DNA of 64,000 nt from Gemmatimonadaceae bacterium (GTDB lineage Bacteria > Gemmatimonadota > Gemmatimonadetes > Gemmatimonadales > Gemmatimonadaceae). Below the pieces are notes generated by a model. It was not told where the DNA came from. It saw only the letters and a list, made by a program, of their open reading frames with translations, and did no database searches. A program made the position numbers and the translations under genes. This document shows positions 10,013-18,375 of this stretch, in pieces. Location of the stretch: NCBI GenBank assembly GCA_045803545.1, contig JBJMOW010000002.1:192001-256000 (forward strand). Direction: 5' to 3'. Position 1 is the stretch's first letter; every line of letters begins with the position of its first letter.

Positions 10013-10699
10013 TTACTTCTTGCCGCCCTGGTCTTCGCCCTCGCCCTCTTCACCTTCCTCAGTCGGGCCCTTGCCAATGACTTCAGGCTCAGCGGCGCCT
10101 TCCAGTGCAGCACCCTCGGCAGCTGGAGTTTCCTCGATCACCGCGCGCGGTGCGGCACAGACTGCCACCGCCGTCTCGGGGTCGTCGAGAATCTCGACGC
10201 CTTCAGGCAGCTTGATGTCGCTGACGTGAATGGAGTCGCCGATCTTGAGAGCACTGACGTCGATCTCAGCGTGATCAGGGATGCTGGACGGATCCACTTC
10301 GATCTCCAGCTCTCGCAGCGACTGCTCGAGTACTCCACCTTCCAGCTTGACGCCCTCCGGAATGCCGAGGAGCGTAATCGGGATGCTGACGGTGACCTTC
10401 TCGCCGGCAACCAGTGCCTGGAAATCGACGTGCAGAATCTGGCGCTTGATCGGGTGGCGCTGAATCTCGCGGATCAGCGTCTTCGAAGTCTGGCCGTCAA
10501 CGGTGACTTCGATCACAGTGCTCTCAGCCTGAATGTGGCCGAGCATTTTGTCGAGGTCGCGAGCGTTGAGCGCCAACGACTGCGGCTGGCGATCGTGACC
10601 GTAGATGACGGCGGGAACTTGTCCGCGCGCGCGCAGCGTGCGGGCGGCGCCTTTGCCGGTGGTTTCGCGCGGCTGCGCGGTGAAAGAGACGGTTGCCAT
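10013..10699 (-). CDS. rplY: 50S ribosomal protein L25/TL5 (Ctc, long form)
   Basis: VPAVIYG, REIQRHP, HVDF and IGDSIHVSD motifs with an acidic tail. Confidence 0.97.
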   Translation of the reverse strand: MATVSFTAQPRETTGKGAARTLRARGQVPAVIYGHDRQPQSLALNARDLDKMLGHIQAESTVIEVTVDGQTSKTLIREIQRHPIKRQILHVDFQALVAGEKVTVSIPITLLGIPEGVKLEGGVLEQSLRELEIEVDPSSIPDHAEIDVSALKIGDSIHVSDIKLPEGVEILDDPETAVAVCAAPRAVIEETPAAEGAALEGAAEPEVIGKGPTEEGEEGEGEDQGGKK

Positions 10700-10705
10700 A
10701 TCAGT

Positions 10706-10804
10706 TCATCCTTTTGGCATGACGACTTTGTGCCACGCCCATTCAATTAAGTCCAAAACTGCTGTCGCGAAATCTTTCGCGACCTTCTCGATCGATTCAA
10801 TCAT
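10706..10804 (-). CDS. Putative 32-aa amphipathic small protein (MIESIEKVAKDFATAVLDLIEWAWHKVVMPKG)
   Basis: The ATG is preceded by GAGG. The ORF fills the prs-rplY gap and its stop lies in the rplY RBS region. Confidence 0.45.
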   Translation of the reverse strand: MIESIEKVAKDFATAVLDLIEWAWHKVVMPKG

Positions 10805-10812
10805 TGGTGCCT

Positions 10813-11769
10813 CTACTGCTCGAACAGCGAGCTCACGGACTGCTCGCTGTGAATGTAGCGAATCGCCTTCGCAAGTAGCTCGCCCACCGACAGAACACAC
10901 AGAGTCGGAAATCTCTTCGCCGGCGAAATCTTCACAGTGTCAGTCACCGTGACTTCCTTGATCGGCGCGCTCGTCAACCTTTCTACTGCCGGCCCCGAAA
11001 GCAGAGCGTGCGTTGCGCAAACGTAAATGTCGCGCGCCCCAATGTCCTTCAAAGCTCTTGCTGCCTCGCAAATTGTGCCGGCGGTGTCGATCATGTCGTC
11101 CGTCAGCAAGCAATCCTTTCCTTCAACTTCACCGACGACGTTGACGACTTCGGACACGTTCGCCTGTGGTCGTCTCTTGTCGATAATCGCGAGTGTGCCG
11201 TTCAGCCTCTTCGCGAATCCTCTCGCCATTTTCGCAGACCCAACGTCAGGTGCGACGACGACCAGCTCATGCAGGTTCTTCTTCCGAAAGTGCGATACGA
11301 AAACCGGTGCTGCGTACAGGTGATCCACCGGCACATCGAAGAATCCCTGCAGTTGGTGCTGGTGAAAGTCGAGTCCGAGAACCCGGTTCGCGCCAGCCGC
11401 CGTGATCATGTTCGCCATCAGCTTCGCACCGATGGACACTCTTGGCTGGTCCTTGCGGTCCTGCCTCGAGTATCCGTAGTAGGGCATCACGCAGGTGATG
11501 CGAGCAGCTGAAGCCCTGCGCGCCGCGTCAATCAGGAGCAGCAGCTCCATGATGTTGTCGGCCGGCGGATTGGTCGGCTGAACGATGAAGACGTCGTTGC
11601 CTCTGACGTTCTCATCTATTCGTACGAAAATCTCGCCGTCGGCGAACCGGTTGACCGTCGTTTTACAGAACGGAACATCCAGCGTTGCCGCGATCTCATC
11701 ACACAGCTCCGGATTGCCGGGTCCGGCGATGAGCTTGAAGCCATGAGCGGGTACGGACATTCCGTCCAT
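10813..11769 (-). CDS. prs: Ribose-phosphate pyrophosphokinase
   Basis: FADGE, PYYGYSRQDRK, DKRR and DDMIDTAGT motifs. Confidence 0.98.
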   Translation of the reverse strand: MDGMSVPAHGFKLIAGPGNPELCDEIAATLDVPFCKTTVNRFADGEIFVRIDENVRGNDVFIVQPTNPPADNIMELLLLIDAARRASAARITCVMPYYGYSRQDRKDQPRVSIGAKLMANMITAAGANRVLGLDFHQHQLQGFFDVPVDHLYAAPVFVSHFRKKNLHELVVVAPDVGSAKMARGFAKRLNGTLAIIDKRRPQANVSEVVNVVGEVEGKDCLLTDDMIDTAGTICEAARALKDIGARDIYVCATHALLSGPAVERLTSAPIKEVTVTDTVKISPAKRFPTLCVLSVGELLAKAIRYIHSEQSVSSLFEQ

Positions 11770-11808
11770 GCAGCCCTACAAGTTAAGTGGGGAAAGGACT
11801 TAGATCAA

Positions 11809-11879
11809 TTGCCCCCGGTGGATTCGAACCACCATTACCGGATCCAAAGACCGGTGTCCTGCCATTGGACGAGGGGGCA
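11809..11879 (-). tRNA. tRNA-Gln(TTG), CCA not encoded
   Basis: Acceptor stem TGCCCCC/GGGGGCA, anticodon arm CCGGT-CTTTGGA-TCCGG, T-loop TTCGAAT. It sits in the typical ispE-tRNAGln-prs context. Confidence 0.95.
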
Positions 11880-11884
11880 AACAT

Positions 11885-11918
11885 GCGGGAAGCGGGAAGC
11901 GGGAAGTGGGAGCGGAAG
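11885..11918. repeat. Heptamer tandem repeat (GCGGGAA)n
   Basis: Three exact units plus two degenerate units, between ispE and tRNA-Gln. Confidence 0.8.
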
Positions 11919-12815
11919 TTAGTCCAGAATCTCTACCGGGACAACGCTGTCTGCGGTGCGCGTGACAACGCGTTTAGTTCCCTTTGGCAGGTTCATCGCC
12001 GGTAAGTCTGTCGTCGGCTCGATGCCTGTTCGCGTAACGCCTGGAATCTTGAAGACGGTCGACCCGGATCCACTCAAGCGGTAGAACAAATCGTACCTGT
12101 CACCGCGCCCGAGAAGTTGGTCGATCTCCGGATAGCGCTTTCGAATCACGGGCTCGAAATCGTTGACCGAGTGCCGTGCCGCCGATTCCCAGTCTTCGAA
12201 CATCTCCGCGGTCAGGTCGGGTGACTCGCTGGGTCGCTCCCCGCGCGACTCGTCGAGAAGCGCGTACGCCTCCCCGGTCGGCACACCGAACGGAGGAAAG
12301 AACAAGTATGCATCGCGGGAGGGCAGCGGCCGCAACCCGAGCAATTTCTCGCCGCGACCCCAGCCGAGTGCCATTGAGTACTCGCTCGCGAGGAATGGAA
12401 CGTCGGACCCGAGCTCGAACGCCAGCGCACGCAGCCGCTCGCTGCGCAAAGGAGCGTCAGCAATCGAATTCAGGATGCGAAGCACTGCCGCAGCGTCGGC
12501 GCTTCCTCCGCCCAAGCCGCCTCCGATCGGGATTCGTTTCTTGATCACGATCTCGAATCCCTTTGGCCACCCGGTTTCCTTGGCGTAAATCTCTGCCGCA
12601 CGGAAGGCGAGGTTCTCTGACTCCGGTTGATCCCGCATCACGCCGCAGCGGAGTGTCCGTGCGTGTTCGCGGATGTGAACGCGGACGTCGTCGCCGAGGC
12701 CGATCCTCAGAAAGACGGTCTCGATCGAGTGGTACCCGTCAGGCTGCTTCCCGAGGATCCTCAGCGAGAGGTTGACCTTGCCTTGCGCGAGGGTCCTCCC
12801 ACCACGCGCGCTCAT
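11919..12815 (-). CDS. ispE: 4-diphosphocytidyl-2-C-methyl-D-erythritol kinase
   Basis: KVNLSL...DGYH, KRIP.GGGLGGGSADAA, LGSDVPF and LSGSGSTVF motifs. The true start is the ATG at 12815 (ATGA overlap). Confidence 0.95.
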   Translation of the reverse strand: MSARGGRTLAQGKVNLSLRILGKQPDGYHSIETVFLRIGLGDDVRVHIREHARTLRCGVMRDQPESENLAFRAAEIYAKETGWPKGFEIVIKKRIPIGGGLGGGSADAAAVLRILNSIADAPLRSERLRALAFELGSDVPFLASEYSMALGWGRGEKLLGLRPLPSRDAYLFFPPFGVPTGEAYALLDESRGERPSESPDLTAEMFEDWESAARHSVNDFEPVIRKRYPEIDQLLGRGDRYDLFYRLSGSGSTVFKIPGVTRTGIEPTTDLPAMNLPKGTKRVVTRTADSVVPVEILD

Positions 12816-13816
12816 TGTGATTCCGCCGCTGGCTGAAGATCCCGCAGCTTCACGCCGAGGCGCGTGAAGTAATAGGCGCCGATCAGCGTGATTGGTATGA
12901 AGGAGAATAGGTGATAGCCGATCGCCCACGTCGCTGCCTGCTCTCGAGTGATGCCGTAAATCGCCAGCCCTTCGACCGACATGTACTCGAATACTCCAAA
13001 AAATCCCGGCAACGCCGGCACAGCGGTGCCAAGCGCGATAAAGGCCTGGAGGAAGAGCGCGGCGGAGAAGGGTGCGTTGATTCCGACAGCACGAAATGAA
13101 AGCCAGAACCCGACACCGTTCAGCATCCAATGTGCGACCGTCCAGCCAAAAACCGCCGCGAATCGGCGTGGGCTGCGCAGGACGCTGAGGCCCTGAAAAA
13201 AAGTTTGCAACACGCGGCGTCCGCGCTCCTCGACTGTCGGCGACACTCGGCGCGCGAACAGCTCGAACAGGCGCAGCAGCTGGTTCGGCAGAAACACCAA
13301 CGCATAGAGCAACGCGAGCAAAATGAGCACGACCGTACCCGCACTCGTCGCAAAGGTGCTGAGGGGTCTGCCCATCAACGTCTCGTTGGACAAAGAGGGA
13401 TCGAACAACGCCGTCGCCGCCAGCAGCAACAACACGATCGCATCGAACAAACGATCGACGGCTAGTGAAGCGAGCGAGGTCGCGAACGGGACCGAAGTCT
13501 CGCGCGTTAACGCAAACGCGCGCGCGATCTCGCCGGCGCGTGCGGGCACCACGTTGTTCACCATCATGCCGATCGTGGTTGCACGCCACAGCGGACCGAA
13601 AGCGAGCTTGCCGGCTACGGGCTCCAGGATTGTGCGCCAGCGCCGCGCACGTAGCGCAAAAATCGCCGTGGCGCAAAAAGTCGCCGCAGCGAAGAGCCAT
13701 AAATTGGCGTGGGAGAGCCGGGAAGCGACGTCGGCTGCGGAGATCCCACGCAGCGTCCAGTAAATCAGCGCGACACTAAGCAGCGCGCCGAGCGCGGCGC
13801 GCCATCGCGGTCGCAA
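12812..13816 (-). CDS. Lysylphosphatidylglycerol synthase TM domain (UPF0104) flippase-like protein
   Basis: RA.RW, NNVVPARAGE..R, DRLFD and P.LPGFFG.FE motifs; multi-TM. Confidence 0.85.
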   Translation of the reverse strand: MRPRWRAALGALLSVALIYWTLRGISAADVASRLSHANLWLFAAATFCATAIFALRARRWRTILEPVAGKLAFGPLWRATTIGMMVNNVVPARAGEIARAFALTRETSVPFATSLASLAVDRLFDAIVLLLLAATALFDPSLSNETLMGRPLSTFATSAGTVVLILLALLYALVFLPNQLLRLFELFARRVSPTVEERGRRVLQTFFQGLSVLRSPRRFAAVFGWTVAHWMLNGVGFWLSFRAVGINAPFSAALFLQAFIALGTAVPALPGFFGVFEYMSVEGLAIYGITREQAATWAIGYHLFSFIPITLIGAYYFTRLGVKLRDLQPAAESQ

Positions 13817-13819
13817 GTG

Positions 13820-14683
13820 CTACTCTGAGGACGCCAGCTCCACCAGATCGACGAGCTCGTCGACGAGCGCTCGTGTCGGCGGAGTACCGCTCTTCTTCAG
13901 GGAGCGACGGATTTCCGCGGCGCGCTCGATAGCCCGCTGGCCGCGATAAAGCAGATTCTCGATCGGCACGAGGTCGGTCGATGGCTGCGGCGCGTTGCGC
14001 GTTTCGAGAGGCCGCATCGTCGCCAGGCTTGCGTTGAGCACATCTCGAAGCTCTCGCCCCTTTGGCGGAGTCTGTGAGCTCGGCGGGGTCGGGCGCGGCG
14101 GTGTCGACTGCCCGCTCATCTCAGTCGACGGGGTCGGTACACGCTTCACTTCGGGCGAGAGAACTCCCGGGCCAATACCACCGCCCTGCTCGCGTAGCTG
14201 TTGCTCGTAGTGCGTACGCGGATTGGGCGCGACGTAGACGATATGAGGGCCGTCGTCGCCATAAAAAAGCTGCGAGATCGGAAGGATCACGTCTTTTCGC
14301 TCTTCACGTTCGGGAGCATAGCGCGCCAGTCGCCCGACGCTCGCCTCGAGTTTCGCATCCTGCTCCGCGCCCCAGGTTCGCACTGACCTCACCAGTAGCT
14401 TGAGATCGTCAATCGCACCGACAAGCGCGCGTTGAACCTCCGGTTCCCAGGCGAGCGCGCCTTGCGCCACGTTAGACGCGATTCGTTCAACCGCGGTGGC
14501 GAGCCGTGCCGGCCCGCTCGCCTTTGCCATCGTCGCGCTTCCACGCAATCCACGGGCGGCGGCGACGAACTGAGTGGCATCCGACGACTGCATTCCGGGC
14601 TTGCCAACGAGCGTCTCCAGGCGCGTGAGATATTCACTCGCCTCGAGCGCGAAATAGTCGAGCAGCCGCCCTGGCATTGTCAT
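13820..14683 (-). CDS. Hpt-like domain protein lacking the canonical His
   Basis: The N-terminus LLDYFALEASEYL...ARGLRGSATMA resembles a CheA P1/Hpt domain. A Pro-rich linker follows. Confidence 0.65.
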   Translation of the reverse strand: MTMPGRLLDYFALEASEYLTRLETLVGKPGMQSSDATQFVAAARGLRGSATMAKASGPARLATAVERIASNVAQGALAWEPEVQRALVGAIDDLKLLVRSVRTWGAEQDAKLEASVGRLARYAPEREERKDVILPISQLFYGDDGPHIVYVAPNPRTHYEQQLREQGGGIGPGVLSPEVKRVPTPSTEMSGQSTPPRPTPPSSQTPPKGRELRDVLNASLATMRPLETRNAPQPSTDLVPIENLLYRGQRAIERAAEIRRSLKKSGTPPTRALVDELVDLVELASSE

Positions 14684-14749
14684 CGATGCAGTCTCCGAGT
14701 CACCCGCGAAAGGTGAGCGCCCCCGCGCTCACAGTCAAAGCAGGACACA

Positions 14750-15481
14750 TTATGACGACCGAGCGGCGCGCATCGCTTCGTGCATCTCCTCCACAGCGGC
14801 GCCGAGACCAATAAACACCGCTCGGCTCACAATGGAGTGCCCGATATTCAGCTCCTCGATCTCCGGGATCATTGCCACCGGCCCGACGTTCTGAACCGTC
14901 AGGCCGTGACCGGCGTGAACAGCGACGCCGAGATCCGCGGCTCGACACGCGGCGTCGCGCAACGCGTCGATCGGCCCGGCAGAGGCGCTATCGTGAGAAT
15001 ATGTGCCGGTGTGAAGCTCGATCGCCGGCACATTGAGCTTGCGCGATTGCTCTACCGCCGCGCGCGTGGGGTCGATGAACAGGCTGACGCGGATTCCAGC
15101 GTCGCTCAGGGCGTCGACCACGTTCTGGATGCGTCGTGGATCGCTCAGAATGTCGAGCCCACCCTCCGTCGTGATCTCCTCGCGGCGCTCGGGCACAAGC
15201 GTGACCTGCTGGGGTTTAATGCGGCGGGCGATCTCGAGCATCTCGGCGACGCACGCCATCTCGAGATTGAAGTACGTGCGCACCGTTTTCTTGAGCCGCT
15301 CCACATCCTCGTCCTGGATGTGGCGGCGATCTTCCCGAAGATGGGCGGTGATACCGTCAGCGCCAGCCCCTTCGCAAGCGGTCGCCGCCTCTACCGGATC
15401 AGGTTGACGTCCTCGACGCGCCTGACGTAGCGTGGCTACGTGGTCAATATTGATGTAGAGACGTTGTTGCTTTGCCCGCAT
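14750..15481 (-). CDS. pdxJ: Pyridoxine 5'-phosphate synthase
   Basis: NIDHVATLRQAR, HLREDRRHI, TTEGGLD, AGHGL and ELNIGH motifs. Confidence 0.98.
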   Translation of the reverse strand: MRAKQQRLYINIDHVATLRQARRGRQPDPVEAATACEGAGADGITAHLREDRRHIQDEDVERLKKTVRTYFNLEMACVAEMLEIARRIKPQQVTLVPERREEITTEGGLDILSDPRRIQNVVDALSDAGIRVSLFIDPTRAAVEQSRKLNVPAIELHTGTYSHDSASAGPIDALRDAACRAADLGVAVHAGHGLTVQNVGPVAMIPEIEELNIGHSIVSRAVFIGLGAAVEEMHEAMRAARSS

Positions 15482-15528
15482 TACTCGCGTCCGTAGGTCG
15501 CAGGTCTAACTCTGTGGAGAATTTTATC

Positions 15529-15975
15529 GTGTCCTTCAGGAAAATCGCTGGTCTGTTTCTGCTTGCCGCGTGCTCCAGCGCTACGCGGAATGCCTCCACC
15601 GACGGTCAGCTCACCGGAGCTCCTGCCCCAAAGGTGGCCGTCGAGCAGTTTTTGAGCGCGGTCAACGCCAAGGACCTGCAGGCGATGTCGACCGTGTTTG
15701 GAACCAAGAACGGCTCCGCCCGCGAGACGATGGATCACACCGAACTGGAAAAGCGCGAGGTCATTCTCGCGTGCTATTTCTCGCATGACTCGTCGCGGAT
15801 TTTGGGCGAGACGCAAGGCATACAGAACCATCGTGACATTCGCGTCGAGCTGAAGAAAGGCAACTTCACACGCCAGACGACGTTTTACACGATAAAAGGC
15901 CCGGGCGATCGCTGGTACGTCGACAACATGGACATCGCCTCGGTCCGCGACTTCTGCGGCAACCCCGGCAACTAG
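15529..15975 (+). CDS. Hypothetical lipoprotein (possibly NTF2-like)
   Basis: GTG start after GGAGA, lipobox LLAAC, and AVEQFLSAV...DLQAM...RWYV. Confidence 0.7.
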   Translation: MSFRKIAGLFLLAACSSATRNASTDGQLTGAPAPKVAVEQFLSAVNAKDLQAMSTVFGTKNGSARETMDHTELEKREVILACYFSHDSSRILGETQGIQNHRDIRVELKKGNFTRQTTFYTIKGPGDRWYVDNMDIASVRDFCGNPGN

Positions 15976-16382
15976 TATTCGGATAGCTCGACCAGCACTC
16001 CGCCGGTCGATTTCGGATGTAGAAAAGCGATTCGTTTTCCTTCCGCGCCACGGCGCGGCTTTTCGTCGATGAGGCGGACTCCAGCGCGCCGGCAACGGTC
16101 CAGCATCTGGTCCAAGTCGTCGACGGAAAAGCAAATGTGATGAATCCCCGGGCCCCGTTTGGCAATGAAACGCGCGATCGGGGATTCCTGGTTCTCAGCC
16201 TCGAGCAACTCGACGAGCGCCTCGCCCGCGCTGAGCCCGACGATGCTCGCTCCGTCTGCATCGTCCACCGGTGCTTCCCGCAAACCGAGAACATCGCGGA
16301 AGAATGGAAGGGTGTCCGCGAGTGCCTCTACGGCGATTCCGACGTGTGAAACCCGCGTTCCGCGAGGGGTTGATCGGGTCAT
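15972..16382 (-). CDS. mce: Methylmalonyl-CoA epimerase (VOC family)
   Basis: HVGIAV, VELLE, GPGIHHICF and IAFLHPKSTGGVLVEL motifs. Confidence 0.9.
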   Translation of the reverse strand: MTRSTPRGTRVSHVGIAVEALADTLPFFRDVLGLREAPVDDADGASIVGLSAGEALVELLEAENQESPIARFIAKRGPGIHHICFSVDDLDQMLDRCRRAGVRLIDEKPRRGAEGKRIAFLHPKSTGGVLVELSEY

Positions 16383-16488
16383 TAGGTTTCTTTCTAAGCG
16401 TTAGAGCTGCCGCGTTCCAGTCGCCGGCAATCTCCGCAAAGCTAACTGATGAAGTCTCGCGGGGTATCCCGCGTTTAGGAGATTCAAA

Positions 16489-16818
16489 ATGTCCAATGCA
16501 GTTGAAGTAAACGATTCCAATTTCGAGTCACAGATCGAACAGCATAAAGGCCTCGCCGTCGTCGATTTTTGGGCGACCTGGTGCGCGCCTTGTCGCATGG
16601 TCGCTCCGGTTCTCGATCAGCTCGCGGTCGAGTACGAGGGTCGGGCAAAAGTCGCCAAGGTCGACGTCGACGTGAACATCAAGACGTCAACCAAGTTCAA
16701 CGTCCGCTCGATTCCGGCAATTCTGTTCTTCAAGGACGGCAAGCTCGTCGATCAGATGATTGGCTTCGCCGGGAAGCCGGCACTCGCCGAGAAGTTCAAG
16801 CAGCACGCTGCCGCGTAG
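16489..16818 (+). CDS. trxA: Thioredoxin
   Basis: VDFWATWCAPCRMVAP active site; SD AGGAG. Confidence 0.95.
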   Translation: MSNAVEVNDSNFESQIEQHKGLAVVDFWATWCAPCRMVAPVLDQLAVEYEGRAKVAKVDVDVNIKTSTKFNVRSIPAILFFKDGKLVDQMIGFAGKPALAEKFKQHAAA

Positions 16819-16839
16819 GCAGCCGCCCGCGGTCGATTC

Positions 16840-17706
16840 TTGAGCTCCGAAACGGAGAGTGGGAAGCGGGCAATAACCGACGGAGCGCAGGGTAATCTGT
16901 ACCTGGTCAGCACGCCGATCGGAAATCTGGGTGACATGACGTTTCGCGCGGTCGAGGTTCTTACCTCGGCCGCGCTTGTCATTGCGGAGGATACGCGCCA
17001 CTCGCGCCGACTCCTCGATCACTTTCGCATCAGCACGCCGGTGAGCTCGTATCACGAGCACAACGAGGCGAAGGAGACGCCGCGTCTTGTCGCGCGTCTC
17101 GCAGCGGGAGATTCAATCGCGCTCATCTCGGATGCGGGGACGCCGTTGATCTCCGATCCCGGATCGAGACTGGTGCGTGCTGCCGTCGATGCCGGCATTT
17201 CGGTCGTTCCCATTCCGGGTGCGTCATCGGTGATGTCGGCGTTGGTTGCATCGGGATTGTCGCTCGAGCGCTTCACATTCTTCGGATTTCTCCCTCGCAA
17301 AGGCGCTGAGCGAACCGCTGCGATCGGAGATATAGTCGCGAGTCCCGCCACGGTGATCGTATTCGAGGCGGCGAACAGACTCGCTGCGACCCTCGAAGAC
17401 CTGGCCGAATCCGGCGCCGGCGAACGGAGCGCAGTGGTCGCGCGCGAGCTCACCAAGCAGTTCGAAGAATTCAGGCGCGGAACGATCGCCGAGCTGCAGG
17501 CAGCTTATCGAGATGCCGAACCGCGCGGAGAAGTTGTGCTGGTGATCTCAGGCGCTGAAGAGCGCGAAGTATCCGCCGATGAACTGGACGACGCGGCGCG
17601 TCAGCTGCGTGCAGCAGGGAAGGAGCCACGCGAAGTGATGCAGCACCTGATTGCCAATTTGGGTGCGTCGCGTAACGTGGCGTATCGCATCGCACATTCG
17701 GTCTGA
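16840..17706 (+). CDS. rsmI: 16S rRNA (cytidine1402-2'-O)-methyltransferase
   Basis: LYLVSTPIGNL.D, EDTR, SDAGTPLISDPG and RELTK.FEE motifs. Start position uncertain. Confidence 0.95.
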   Translation: MSSETESGKRAITDGAQGNLYLVSTPIGNLGDMTFRAVEVLTSAALVIAEDTRHSRRLLDHFRISTPVSSYHEHNEAKETPRLVARLAAGDSIALISDAGTPLISDPGSRLVRAAVDAGISVVPIPGASSVMSALVASGLSLERFTFFGFLPRKGAERTAAIGDIVASPATVIVFEAANRLAATLEDLAESGAGERSAVVARELTKQFEEFRRGTIAELQAAYRDAEPRGEVVLVISGAEEREVSADELDDAARQLRAAGKEPREVMQHLIANLGASRNVAYRIAHSV

Positions 17707-17748
17707 TTCTCGAAGACAACCACTTCCACGATTCCGTGACTAACTGAG

Positions 17749-18375
17749 ATGCGCGCGATCAATACCCGCCCCGGAAAAATCGTTTGCGTCGGCCGTAACT
17801 ACGCCGAGCACGCCAAGGAGCTCGGCAATGAAGTCCCCAAGGAGCCGCTGATTTTTCTGAAGCCGCCCTCGAGTGTGATCTGGGGAGGCGAGGCGATCGT
17901 GCTGCCTGAAATCTCCCAGCGCGTCGAGTTTGAAGGGGAGATCGGCGTGATCGTAGGGAGAACCCTCAACCGGGTGTCAGAATCTGAGGCCGGAGAGGGA
18001 ATTCGCGGCGTAATTGCTGTCAATGACGTGACAGCGCGAGACCTGCAAAAGACAGACGGACAATGGACTAGGGCCAAGGGATTTGATACTTTTCTTCCTC
18101 TGGGAGAGGAGTCATCCGAGCTTCCGGACCTCGACAGTTTGACTGTAGTCACCCGGGTCAATGGTGTCGAGCGACAGCGGGGGAAAAGCAGCGAGATGGT
18201 CTTCTCGATCCCGTCCCTCCTCGCCTTCATCTCGCGTATCATGACATTGGAACCAGGGGACCTTGTTGCGACTGGAACGCCTTCGGGCGTCGGGCCGCTG
18301 GTCTCCGGTGACGTGGTAGAGATCGAGATTCCAGGCGTCAGTCGCGTAACTAACCCCGTTCAAGCGAGATCATAG
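17749..18375 (+). CDS. Fumarylacetoacetate hydrolase family protein
   Basis: KIVCVGRNYAEH, FLKP, EGE, NDVTARD.Q and TGTP.GVG motifs. Confidence 0.93.
   Translation: MRAINTRPGKIVCVGRNYAEHAKELGNEVPKEPLIFLKPPSSVIWGGEAIVLPEISQRVEFEGEIGVIVGRTLNRVSESEAGEGIRGVIAVNDVTARDLQKTDGQWTRAKGFDTFLPLGEESSELPDLDSLTVVTRVNGVERQRGKSSEMVFSIPSLLAFISRIMTLEPGDLVATGTPSGVGPLVSGDVVEIEIPGVSRVTNPVQARS

Noticed and set aside
11919..13700. 593-aa ORF suggesting an IspE fusion
   Set aside because: The N-terminal extension overlaps the real membrane-protein gene in another frame. IspE starts at 12815.
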